From Phyllobates terribilis (lineage: Eukaryota), in the NCBI RefSeq assembly GCF_046119375.1, contig NW_027362879.1, forward strand, positions 1,984,001 to 2,048,000: DNA of 64,000 nucleotides, in the 5' to 3' direction. Both the position numbers and the translations under genes were made by a program. Positions 1 through 10,700 of the stretch are shown piece after piece. How positions within the stretch are numbered: the stretch's first letter is position 1; each line of letters begins with the position of its first letter. The notes beneath the pieces were generated by a model, which saw only the letters and a program-made list of their open reading frames with translations, made no database searches and was not told where the DNA came from.

Positions 1-950
1 TAATGCCCCCATTATGTCCCTTATGCAGGATGTATGATACCCCCACACAGTGTAATGCCCCCATTATGCCCCTTATGCAGTATGTATGATGCCCCCACAC
101 AGTGTAATACCCCTATTATGCCCCTTATGAAGGATGTATGATGCCCCCACACAGTGTAATGCCCCCATTATGCCCCTTATACAGGATGTATGATGCCCCC
201 ACACAATGTAATGCTCCCATTATGCCCCTTATGCAGGATGTATGATGCCCCCACACAGTGTAATGCCCCCATTATGCCCCTTATGCAGTATGTATGATGC
301 CCCCACACAGTGTAATACCCCTATTATGCCCCTTATGCAGTATGTACGATGCCCCCACACAGTGTAATACCCCTATTATGCCCCTTATGTAGGATGTATG
401 ATGCCCCCATTATGCCCCTTATGCAGTATGTATGATGCTCCCACACAGTGTAATACCCCTATTATGCCCCTTATGCAGGATTTATGATGCCCCCACACAG
501 CGTAATGCCCCTTATGCAGGATGTATGATCCCCCACAGTGTAATGCCCCCATTATGCCCCTTATGCAGGATGTATGATGCCCCCAGACAATGTAATGCCC
601 CCATTATGCTCTTATATAGGATGTATGATGCCCCCACACAGTGTAATGCCCCCATTATGCCCCTTATGCAGGATGTATGATGCCCCCACACAGTGTAATG
701 CTCCCATTATGCCCCTTATGCAGGATGTATGATGCCCCCACACAGTGTAATGCTCCCATTATGCCCCTTATGCAGGATGTATGATGCCCCCACACAGTGT
801 AATGCCCCCATTATGCCCCTTATGTGGGATGTATGATTCCCCCACACAGTGTAATGCCCCCATTATGCCCCTTATGCAGCATGTATGATGCCCCCCCACC
901 GTGTAATGCCCCTTATGCAGGATGTATGATGCCCCCACACAGTGTAATGT
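1..950. repeat. 52-bp tandem minisatellite (copy A)
   Basis: Unit cacagtgtaatgcccccattatgccccttatgcaggatgtatgatgccccca; cacag recurs at 46 and 98; no spacers. Confidence 0.95.
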
Positions 951-957
951 TCCCCCA

Positions 958-2500
958 GTACCGCCTGAGGTCTTGCAGTTGGAATAATCCCTCTGTAAAA
1001 TGGTTTTGCCTTTGCCTGCTCTCCTACATGTATACCCTCGAGCATGTATACATGCATGTAGGGGAGCAGTCCTTACTAGATATCGAGGCTTTGTACAGTA
1101 ATATACCGCATGAGGATGGTATCAGAGGAGTAAGACATTTCTTGAAATCGAGATCAATAGAGTGTAGCAGACATAATGACTTCATGGAGGATCTTCTAAA
1201 ATTCACTCTTACTCATAACTTCTTTCTTTTTGATAGGAAGTACTTCCACCATCTCAGGGGTACTGTGATGGGGAGCCCCTGGGCTCTCTCGTATGCTAAC
1301 CTATTCCTGGGCTGGTGGGAGGAAACCACAATATTCAGGGATGATCATAAGTGGTGGCATCCATTTATTGGGGTATGGTATAGATATATTGGCTACATTT
1401 TAATCATCTGGTCAGGGACGAGTGAATAATCTTTTGAATGTGTCAGGGAACTCAACTTCAACAGAGTCGGCCTGAGATTTACATCTGAGTTTAATGATTA
1501 CCAGTTGCCTTTCCTGGATGTACTAATCAAGAAAGAAACGGATGGGACCCTAGGGACATTCATCTACCATAAACCTTCAAGCACTAATAAACTATTGAAG
1601 TGGGATAGCCACCACCCCATCCCCATAAAAAGAGGAATACCCAAGGGCTAATTTTTATGGTTGAAAAGGTACTGCCATAATGTCACAGATTTTAATATAC
1701 AGGCAATAGACCTGAACAACAGATTCAGGGAAAAAGGGTACTCCTGGTACATTTTGGATTCCGCATTATTGTTTGCAGAAAAATGGGAGAGACAGACACT
1801 CCTCCATACCTATCCAAGAGACCAAGAAAAAGATGAGATAACACAAGTAAGAAAAACTTGCGACAGTCAGAGTGACTGTATCTTTAATATCCTCAGTAAA
1901 CACTGGGATATACTTGTGGCTGACCCAGACCTGATGGTGCTGTGGGATCTACTCCCACAATAACTTTCAGAAAGGATCAGTCAATTAGAGACCATTTAGT
2001 GCATAGTTTCTACAAAAAGACTGCACCCAAGGGGACTTGGCTAGATAGAAGAATCTCTGCGGTTTATTTAGATCTGGAGAATGTTGTACATGTAATTGGA
2101 TGAGACCATGTAAATCTTTCTCGAGTTCCTCCACGACTAAAAAAAATTTTCAGAGAGATTATTCCAACTGTAAAACCTCAGTACTTGTGTATATGGCCAC
2201 ATGCACCTGCCCCCTAGATTATGTAGGCAAGACCAAGACAGAGTCTAGGAGGAGGGTGGGGGGCAGTTGGGTGATATATGCCATGGTCAGTACACCCCAT
2301 TAGCGAGACATATTAACAGTGCACATTGAAGTGAAACCGGAGACATCTCCTTTTGTATCATTGAGGTGGTTAAACCCAATGTGAGAGGAGGTGATCACAA
2401 TAGATGTATCCTCAAAAAAGAAAGTAAGTGGATTTTTAGACTGGATTCACGAGCCCCTAAGGGACTGAATGAGCAAATTTCCTATGCCTGTTTTGTATGA
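958..2500 (+). mobile_element. Penelope-like retroelement, 5'-truncated and degenerate (RT + GIY-YIG), copy A
   Basis: LDIEALYSNIPH, GTVMGSP..SYANLFLG, WYRYI, LPFLDV, IYHKP..HHP..KRGIP, then NCKTSVLVYMATC..YVGKT and WIFRLDSRAPKGLN; internal stops and frameshifts. Confidence 0.9.
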
Positions 2501-3049
2501 ATACAGACCCATTCCGGATTACATTTTTGGATTGTATACTCTACCCATTGCTACTCAGTTCCCTGTGAATGGGGATCACATATTGTTGTACTTCATCGAG
2601 ATATCTGAGCTTCTATATCAGAATTATTTCTTATCAGTTATATCCCATATATACTATTTAGTAACTAACAAGTGTGGTGATCCTTCTGTATCTCTAATTA
2701 TGCAATAGGGGTCAAATATGACCATTTAGGAATTTACTGTGGGCCACCATCCCATATTTTATGTAGTGATAAAGTAGATCTACATGCCTATTGCATTATG
2801 GGATGATGTGCAATACTTGTTTTTAGTCTCCCATGATTCTGATCTCAGAGAGAGGATTTTTCTATATTGGTGGAATGCAATCCAATACCATATGTGTGGA
2901 ATGCATGCTTCCGGACATGCGCATTCACAGATAGGAGACCGTGATGCACTCCGGCATGGAACGCACATGTCCGGGCACGTTTTTGCTTTCTGCCCGCCCG
3001 TTGTTTTGTGCTGAATTGTGGGGAATACTTGAGAATTTATTTTTGTTCC

Positions 3050-3350
3050 ATCTGTCTTTAGTTGATCCCACTGATGCATCAGATTAGTCCTCAGAGAATT
3101 ATAATTAGAGGAACCCATGGACACATTAGGATTTGTGAAGCTGACCTCCGCTCTCCTCTATTTCCTTTGAATTTATTGTGTGACTTGTATTTCAGAACAG
3201 TAGCTCTTGGTTTGTTTCATTTCCATGCGTAAATTGAATTTGACTCGTAGTCTTTGATATCTCTTTCAAACTTAGTTTTTTTGATGTCTGAGATCCATCC
3301 TCCAGACTTTGTAAAGTCTTTTGCATATTTTGTTTGAGTTTTGTATCCAA
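3050..3350 (-). mobile_element. Probable Penelope N-terminal ORF remnant
   Basis: Minus strand reads IKKTKFERDIKDYESNSIYAWK, resembling the K.KF.RD..DY...Y.W motif upstream of RT in vertebrate PLEs (from memory). Confidence 0.45.
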
Positions 3351-3424
3351 AAAGGCTTCTACACTGGGCGGAAAACTTTCACCGAGTTTTTTTCAAGAAA
3401 CAAATATCAAACGCAATGTGACTT

Positions 3425-4099
3425 GATTATCCTTTATAAATTTATCTTTATTAAGTTTTGAAAAGGAAATACAAATACAAACACCGGGTACTAGTTGTGC
3501 AACAAGTAGTAGGTCAAACATGACCCCATAACAATAACCAGTATTTCCAAAACATTTGAAAATGAAATAATTAAACACAATACAAAGTAGAGTCGCTGGT
3601 AGAACATTGGTTCAATGTGTTTTAGGATATATCAGCGTGGTGACTCAGACTTAAACATTAAGTCATTACATATTCATGTTGATTAACAAATAAGGGCTAT
3701 AAAAGAAAAAACGAGTAGTTAAAACCAAAAATACAAGTGCACACAAAGACAAAGGGAAGTGATGTATGGGTAAGAGGGTTAGGGTAACTTCGGAGAGGCT
3801 CCTTAAGTATAGACTTAGCTTTCCCCTATGAGGTCAAGGTAATCAACGGAAGATTTAAACTCCAGTAGAACCATGTTTTATAAAATTTATCATGGAAGTT
3901 ATTGATCGTGTAGGTGAGCTCCTCCGTTAACATAATCTCATTTATTTTGGAGAACCATAGTGAGATTGTCGGGATAGTGTTACTTTTCCATAGCGAGGGA
4001 ATACATGCTCTAGCAGACGTGATCAAGAGTCTCAGTATCGAGTTTTTATATGTTTTTAAAGGGATGTTGCTGTGATGGAGAAGGACGAAAGCTGGGTCA
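3425..4099 (-). mobile_element. L1/Tx1-type LINE 3' fragment (ORF2 C-terminus + 3'UTR), copy A
   Basis: ARACIPSLWKSNTIPTISLWFSKINEI..EEL..DKFYKTWFYW; AATAAA near 3445 on the minus strand; the paralog at 37.0-38.0 kb keeps the CCHC knuckle. Confidence 0.8.
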
Positions 4100-4485
4100 T
4101 GTCTTGCTCTATCCACCAACGTCACGTTACAACACAGACTGTCCAGGAGTTTACGGAACCTTATTAGGAGCATGCCCAGGCATTGTAGGGAGGTCATACA
4201 GGCACTTAGAGGCCACACACAATACTCATCCTGATTTTGACTTGTTTTAAGGACATTACATCAAAGTTTGATCAGCCTGTAGTGTGTTTTTCCACTTTAA
4301 TTTTGGGGGTGACTCCAAATCCAGGCCTCCATTGGTTAATAAATTTAATTTCCATTGATAATTTTTGTGTGATTTTGTAGTCAGCACATTCAACTTTGTA
4401 CAGAACAAAGTATTCAATGAGAATATTTCATTCATTCAGATCTAGGATGTGTTATTTGAGTGTTCCCTGTATTTTTTGAGCAGTG
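4100..4485 (+). mobile_element. Tc1 3'-terminal fragment with one TIR
   Basis: Reverse complement of about 22218-22654 of the full Tc1; ends gtgttccctgtattttttgagcagtg. Confidence 0.85.
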
Positions 4486-4487
4486 CA

Positions 4488-4622
4488 TTTAATAGAATGT
4501 ATAGAGAGTAAACTACAATATGTGGGATGCACGTCAGAGTCGCTAAAAAAATGTATTAGAAGACATTTATCTGACGCAATCAATCCCACAACATTAAACG
4601 TTTGTGGTTTCAAGACGCTTCA
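4488..4622 (+). mobile_element. Penelope GIY-YIG fragment (longer paralog at 38060-38510)
   Basis: Matches 38199-38335; reads ..QYVGCTSE..KKCIRRHLSDAINP.. Confidence 0.6.
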
Positions 4623-4738
4623 CCATGACATATGATTCAAGCCGTGTTAGTTTCCTTGATACCGTGGTGATCAAGGATACACAGGGCCACCTAACAACTG
4701 ACCTCTATTCCAAGCTCACCGATCGCAATGGCCTATTA

Positions 4739-5638
4739 GGCTATGCGCCCACGATGCAGAAATGCTCCGGATTTTTTCCTGAGCGTTTCTGCATCTCCCT
4801 GGCAGAAAAAAACGCATGCGGATTGTACATGCGAATTGTGCATGCGGATTGTACATGCTTTTTCCTGCCAGGGACTTGCGGAAATGGAGCGTTATTCACT
4901 GACATTTCCGCATGTGGATTGACAAGCGCTTTCCAAGCGATTAGCATCACTTGGAAAGTGCTTGTGACAACTAGGTCACACTATATAAATCCATGCAAAC
5001 AGCATGGATTTATATAGTGTGAACCGAGAGAGTGGTAAAAATAAAAAAATATATATATACTTGCCCTCCGATGGCCTGCACTGTCTTGTTTCGATCAGTC
5101 CCGGCTGCTGGCAGCAGTGGATTGAAAGACCTGCTGACGTCGGCGTCGCGTGACCCATCACATGACTCTGACGCCAGCGCAGGGCCTTCAATCCACTGAA
5201 AAGTGCCGGGAAGCAAGCAGGAGCGCAGCGCGGGCCGCCAGAAGGTAAATATATATTTATTTTTTATTTTATTCTTTTTTTACAGATTTTTTAATGGTAC
5301 CTGGGTGTGGATGAGACTCTCCTCTCATCTACACCCGGGTACCATCCGCACATTAGAACGCATGGATTACGCATCTACATATACAGTGATGCGTAATCCA
5401 TGCGGTCTAATGCAAGTCAATGGCGGCAAAGACGCAACACTTCCCTAAAATAATTGGTAGTGCTGCGTTTTTTTCCGCAATGATAATCCGCAGCGGAAAT
5501 TTCCGCAGCATGTGCACAGCACATGCGGATTATCATTGGGGAGCATTGCTGCCCTTCAACCATGCGTTTTTAATGCGTTTCCGCAGTTGCAAAAAACGCT
5601 GCAGAAACACATTAAAAACGCATCGTGGGCACACAGCC
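4739..5638. mobile_element. Non-autonomous PIF/Harbinger-type element (MITE-like), 900 bp
   Basis: 19-bp TIRs ggctatgcgcccacgatgc / gcatcgtgggcacacagcc; TTA duplication at 4736-4738 and 5639-5641; removal restores the host PLE frame. Confidence 0.85.
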
Positions 5639-6908
5639 TTACACTTTTCTAGCATTTATCCAAGGTCGATGAAGAAATCTATACCTACATCACGATTTCA
5701 GAGGGTCAAACGGATTGTGTCCAGTGAAACTATCCACAATCAGAGGTTACAAGAAATGTCGACCAAATTCACTGAACGAGGCTATCCACCTAGCTTCTTG
5801 CATCCCCAGGCGTCGAATTCCAGAGCTGTTCGTCCAAACACTAAGGACTGAATCCCCTTCGTTCACATGTTACACCCCTTCACCTACATCTTACATAAAA
5901 CCATTAGGAAACACAGGAACATCTTACAAACCGGCTATCCCACGATCCCTGCATTCCAACAACCTTTCCTACCTTGTTTTAAGAGAGCAACCAATATTAG
6001 AGACTCTCTGGTACGTGCCGATTTGGGCACAGCGCACCAAGATCCTAAACAATGGTTTTTGCAGAATCCCAAAATGGGCACATTCCCATGTCTCCAATGT
6101 CGTCAATGCAACAATGTCCTCAGGGGTAGCATTGTTCATCACCCACAAACTGGCAAAATATGCAACATCAAAGGGTACTTTACATGTGATAGTTTATATG
6201 TGGTATATCTTATTAAATGTCCATTCGGCCGAATCTATGTAGGGGAGACGGCACAGCCCATAAAGGATAGGATTTCAAAGCACAAGTCCACAATTTGGTG
6301 CAAAAACCTAATGTTACCCATTCGCCAACAGTTTATCACGGCAGGACATAGTATTTCTCAATTCAAGTACCAGGTATTGGAACAAGTTTTGACACCACGT
6401 CGGGGGAGCGACTGAGTGAGTCTTCTCAAACGTAGAGAAGCCTACTGGATTCATGAATTACAGTCCTTAGAGCCGAAAGGCCTTAATAGGGACTATGACC
6501 TGCTGGCTTTTTATATAAGTTTTTTTTATGTTTGGAGTTTGGTTCTCATTGAACAATTGGTATAGAGAAACTTGTCACCCAGGGATCTTATGTGACCCTA
6601 TGTTGAAATGTATTTGACATTTGGAAATGTGGTCTTCAATTTGAATAGGTCAATAATATACATGTTTTGATCTCCATATCCTACTCATATATTGTCTCCT
6701 TTATTGCAGATTATTCCTCTCTGGTACACTCTTGTCCCCTCTCCTGGATCCTTCTCCACTCCAACAAAGGCTCTGGCTCATGCCCATTGGGTCTTATGCT
6801 CTATACTGGTGGAACGCACGTTCTCTCTCCCTGGCACTCAAACTTCAGGCTCACTGGAACGCATTTACACCATCCTGCAGAACGCACAGCTTCCTGGGAG
6901 CATTGCAT

Positions 6909-6980
6909 CACTTCCGGTGACGTCACACGTGCACTTCCGGAGTTCACACTACACAGCACTGCGGGATTGGTGGCGATTGG
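6909..6980. promoter_or_regulatory. Promoter-like motif cluster ETS-CRE-Ebox-ETS plus two reverse CCAAT boxes, in the PLE tail
   Basis: CACTTCCGG 6909-6917, TGACGTCA 6918-6925, CACGTG 6926-6931, CACTTCCGG 6932-6940, GATTGG 6965 and 6975. Activity untested. Confidence 0.35.
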
Positions 6981-7702
6981 TCAGCTGATACCATCCTGCC
7001 CCTGACAACGCTCACAGCACCAGGAACTAGCGGTGGACACAGTGTTCCTCTAAGCCACTACGTGCAGTACCACCTTATAACCCGGAACTAGGGGTCACAG
7101 GTATGCTACGTCCAGCTCTAATCGGTCTATCTCTGCCTCCACAGTCCCTCTCAGCTGATAACTCTGAGTCTGCCACTCTCTGCTCTTTTCTGCAGACCCA
7201 AGTAACCAGAGTCAACATATCTCCACACTTTTGAATTTCTACCTTTGAACACCATCCAGCAGTCTAGTAGGTGTCACCTCTCTTCAATTTGTATATATAC
7301 TTGCTCTATACTATGATGTATCCGCATTAATGGGGTTTAACAAAATATTATTTACTGTTTAAGAGGGGTTTGGGAGAAATTGTTAATATTTTCTCAATAT
7401 TTCCCTGACAGTGCGTCTATGAGAAACGTATTCAGCTACAGACTCCAAGGAAGAAACTGCTTGTTGTATGTGTCCTAAAATATATAGGTTTTATTACTAG
7501 ATGTAAAGAAAAAAACGAAATACTGTAAAATAATAAATCTCCTCATATGTTTCCCCTCATTATCTCCAATAGTTGTGTTATTACACAGGATTTTTATGAT
7601 GTTCCATCAACTTATCTTTTTCTCCTCCAGGTCTCTACAATATCGGATCCTCTCAGTGAAGATCTTCTATATGAGAAATTTTTTATGATTTACCCATCAA
7701 AG

Positions 7703-7780
7703 ATGGATATGGACAGAGACAAGATGGCGGAGAGGATATTACATCTCACCATAGAGATCCTCTTCCGGCTTACTGGAGAG
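7703..7780 (+). CDS. Gene A first coding exon (exon starts 7631): [26 protein letters not shown]
   Basis: Acceptor tctcctccag at 7630, donor GAG|gtgaga; conserved in B and C. Confidence 0.8.
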
Positions 7781-10700
7781 GTGAGAGATTCTGATGACGT
7801 CACATTACATCATTCTTATCTATGGGAATAACAGATGGACAGAACTGGAGAGGTGAGGACTCTGGAAATGTCTGAGTGAGATTTATTAATGTGTCTCTCC
7901 ATAACCAGGATTACACAGTAGTGAAGAAGACCTCTAATAAGCGCTGTCAGGACCCTGTGTCTGAGGGATGGGAAAGACCACTGAGCCCAATCACAGGGCC
8001 TCCACCTCACCCCCTGATACATGAGGACATCAATGACCAGAAGATTCTAGAACTCGCCTACAAGATGATTGAGCTGCTGACTGGAGAGGTGACACTGCTG
8101 GGAATGCTGGGACATTATACAGTAACGCTATGAAGGGATCGGGGAGATGACGGTATCATTGTATGTGTCAGGTTCCTATAAGATGTCAGGATGTCGCTGT
8201 CTATTTCTCCATGGAGGAGTGGGAGTATTTAGAAGGACGCAAAGATCTGTACAAGGACGTCATGATGGAGGTTCCCCAGCCCCTCACATCACCAGGTATT
8301 AGACAGGACTAAATACACACGGCCTATAATTATCTGTATGTAAAGAATGAATTCAGTCCCTGTATGTGTTTCCTTCAGATCTATCCAGTAAGAGGACAAC
8401 ACCAGATAGATGTCCCCGTCCTCTTCTTCCACATGACTGTAAACAAGAAGGTCCCAATGTTCCTCAGGATCATCAGGTAGATGGAGAGAAGGAGTCATGA
8501 GATCTCACCTATGATGTGTAGACGGCTGTAAAGGTTTTGTATTTTTGGATTCAGTCTTGTTTTATCCACCATTATTATGTTTTATACTTGTGTAATGAGA
8601 ACGGTGGAGATGGCAGGATTAGAGCCGATCATAGATGTGACTTCTCCATCTGTCTTTGACTTTTATAATATTTATTTGTTTCAGGGTGAAGATCTGACCC
8701 ATATTAATACTACAGAGACATATGTGAGGGGTGATGAGCGGTGTAAAGAGGAGATTCCTACATATGACTACCCAGGTGAGTAGTAATCACTAAATACAGA
8801 GAAGTCACAGATTCTTCTCAGTCACCGGCTGTGGCTGCTTTATCGGTGGTGTAGTCCAGCTGTATCACAATCGTGTGATCACCATTTTGCCTCTAGACCA
8901 CAACATTCTCCTCCGTTCAAATTACTTTGGGAAATTGTGAAAGCCCTTTTCTATAGAACTTACAACCTGGAGGATCCACCTACCCCCTGGGATTAGGAGA
9001 CGCTGACCGTTACCTGCCCAGGTCTGTAAACTACAAAGCCAAATGACAGCGTACGTAGAATGTGCAGATGATCAGGCCCCATTTTTCAAATCTGACAGAT
9101 GTCACTTTATGTGGTGATAACTTTGAAATTTTTCACAAAGGATAATAAGAAAGAAATGGACCTTACAAATTATTTTCCAACTTCTTTTGAATTTGACAAT
9201 CCCCTATATATGGTTGTACACTACTGTCTGGGCACATGGCAGGTTAAGAAGGGAAGAAGCGCAATTTAGCTATTAGGAATGCAGATTTTGCTGGAATAGT
9301 TTGCAGACACAATGTATTGGGGGCGCTTTGGAAGCTCAAAAGATGGCTACCACGAACAGCCTTGCCTTATCTACCCCGTTTACATATTTCACAAATTACT
9401 TTCCTCATCACCCTTTAACCTCTCTACATGGATCTGGACTTACACAGAGACCCCTAGGCTTGGGCCACGGTGTTACCTGCTGTTCTGTGGTGTGAGATGG
9501 GAAGAAGAATAGTCAGGTAGCCGGGTCAGAACCAGGAGGGCAGAGAAAATACAAAATCAGAAGACACAAGAGTAGTCAGTAAACGGGCCGGGGTCACAAC
9601 AGGAAACAAATACACAAGCCGGGAGCTGAGCACAGAGGACTGAACCAGAGGAGAACAAGGCTGTATCTGGCAGCTTCCGGCAATATGCTTCCAGCTTTAG
9701 TAGGGTGTGGTGCTCTCCAAATGGCTGAAGCCGGGAGCAGATTATTCCAGCTGGACAGCACACACACCCATACTGCCAGACTGGATGGTACTACTGGTCC
9801 CAGGCTCCCTAATCTTAGTGGCTGGACAGAGCATGAGCCACCCAGAGCTTCTGGTTCTGACGTCTCCTCCATCACCAGCGCTGCCTGCAGGATGAATAAG
9901 GCGGCGCCTGGTGACAAAAGCAAACGTCACACAAGTTGAAGCAGGAGGAGAAGCCGACGTCCCAGACGAGATGGGACACACCTTTTGCAGAAGCCTTAAT
10001 ATGACAAAATGGCAGAAAACCGGAGCAGTAGAAATCCCCATAAAGTGACTCCATTTTGGAAATTATAACTTTCAGTGAATTAATTTATAGGAGAAGTGAC
10101 TATTTTGACTCCACAGTCACTCTCCAGAAATTAGCACACAGTGGATGTTGGAGAGTGAAAATTGCAAATATGCTGTTTTATTACCCAACACATAGTGTCC
10201 AGATTGTGCTCCAGGAGACACACACCGTAAATTAAGTGGGTTCTTCTCATTATAGTAATACCAAATACATGGATGCTAAATGTGACTTACTTAGGCACAT
10301 AAACTACTGCAAGGCTCAGAAGCGAGGGGGAGATCTGACATTGGGAGAGTGGATATTGCTGTATTGGTTTATGGAAGCCATGTTGCTTTTCAAGAGCCTT
10401 TGAGCCACTAATAATATGGAAACCTCTGTTCTATTCGTTCTCCCATGACAGCACCACGAGAGAGAGGATCCGCCCATCAAGGACAGGAAACCTACAGGTT
10501 AAAAAGGGCGGCACCTCTCTCTCGCCTCAGTTTAGGTTTCCTGTCCATGATGGGAGACCTCGCAGGCTTACCTGCAGGAGATGGTCTCTTGCCCCAGAGG
10601 GAGCCACAGGGCGCTGGATGGAGCTGTCGGTCCTGGGCCTCTGGAGACGCCACGGCAGGGCTCATTGGGGCACCTCCGTGTGAGTTGCGGCAGGCGTGAC

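Larger units (their letters stand above)
4623..7350 (+). mobile_element. Second Penelope-like family: RT thumb, GIY-YIG and 3' tail, interrupted by a MITE
   Basis: VSFLDTVV..TDLYSK.TDRNGLL|HFSS..KKSIP..RFQRVKRI, CLQCRQC, TCDSLYVVYLIKCP..IYVGET, YWIHELQSLEPKGLN; ORF ends about 6518; tail boundary approximate. Confidence 0.85.

Noticed and set aside
1-950. CRISPR-like or protein-coding reading of the 52-bp array (also 33.6-34.5 kb and 56.4-56.9 kb)
   Set aside because: Head-to-tail repeats without unique spacers, no cas genes, eukaryotic context; the ORFs are shifting-frame artefacts.
9557-10054. Cluster of short ORFs (also 44039-44553)
   Set aside because: No recognisable motifs; GC-rich repeat interior; frames not conserved between paralogs.
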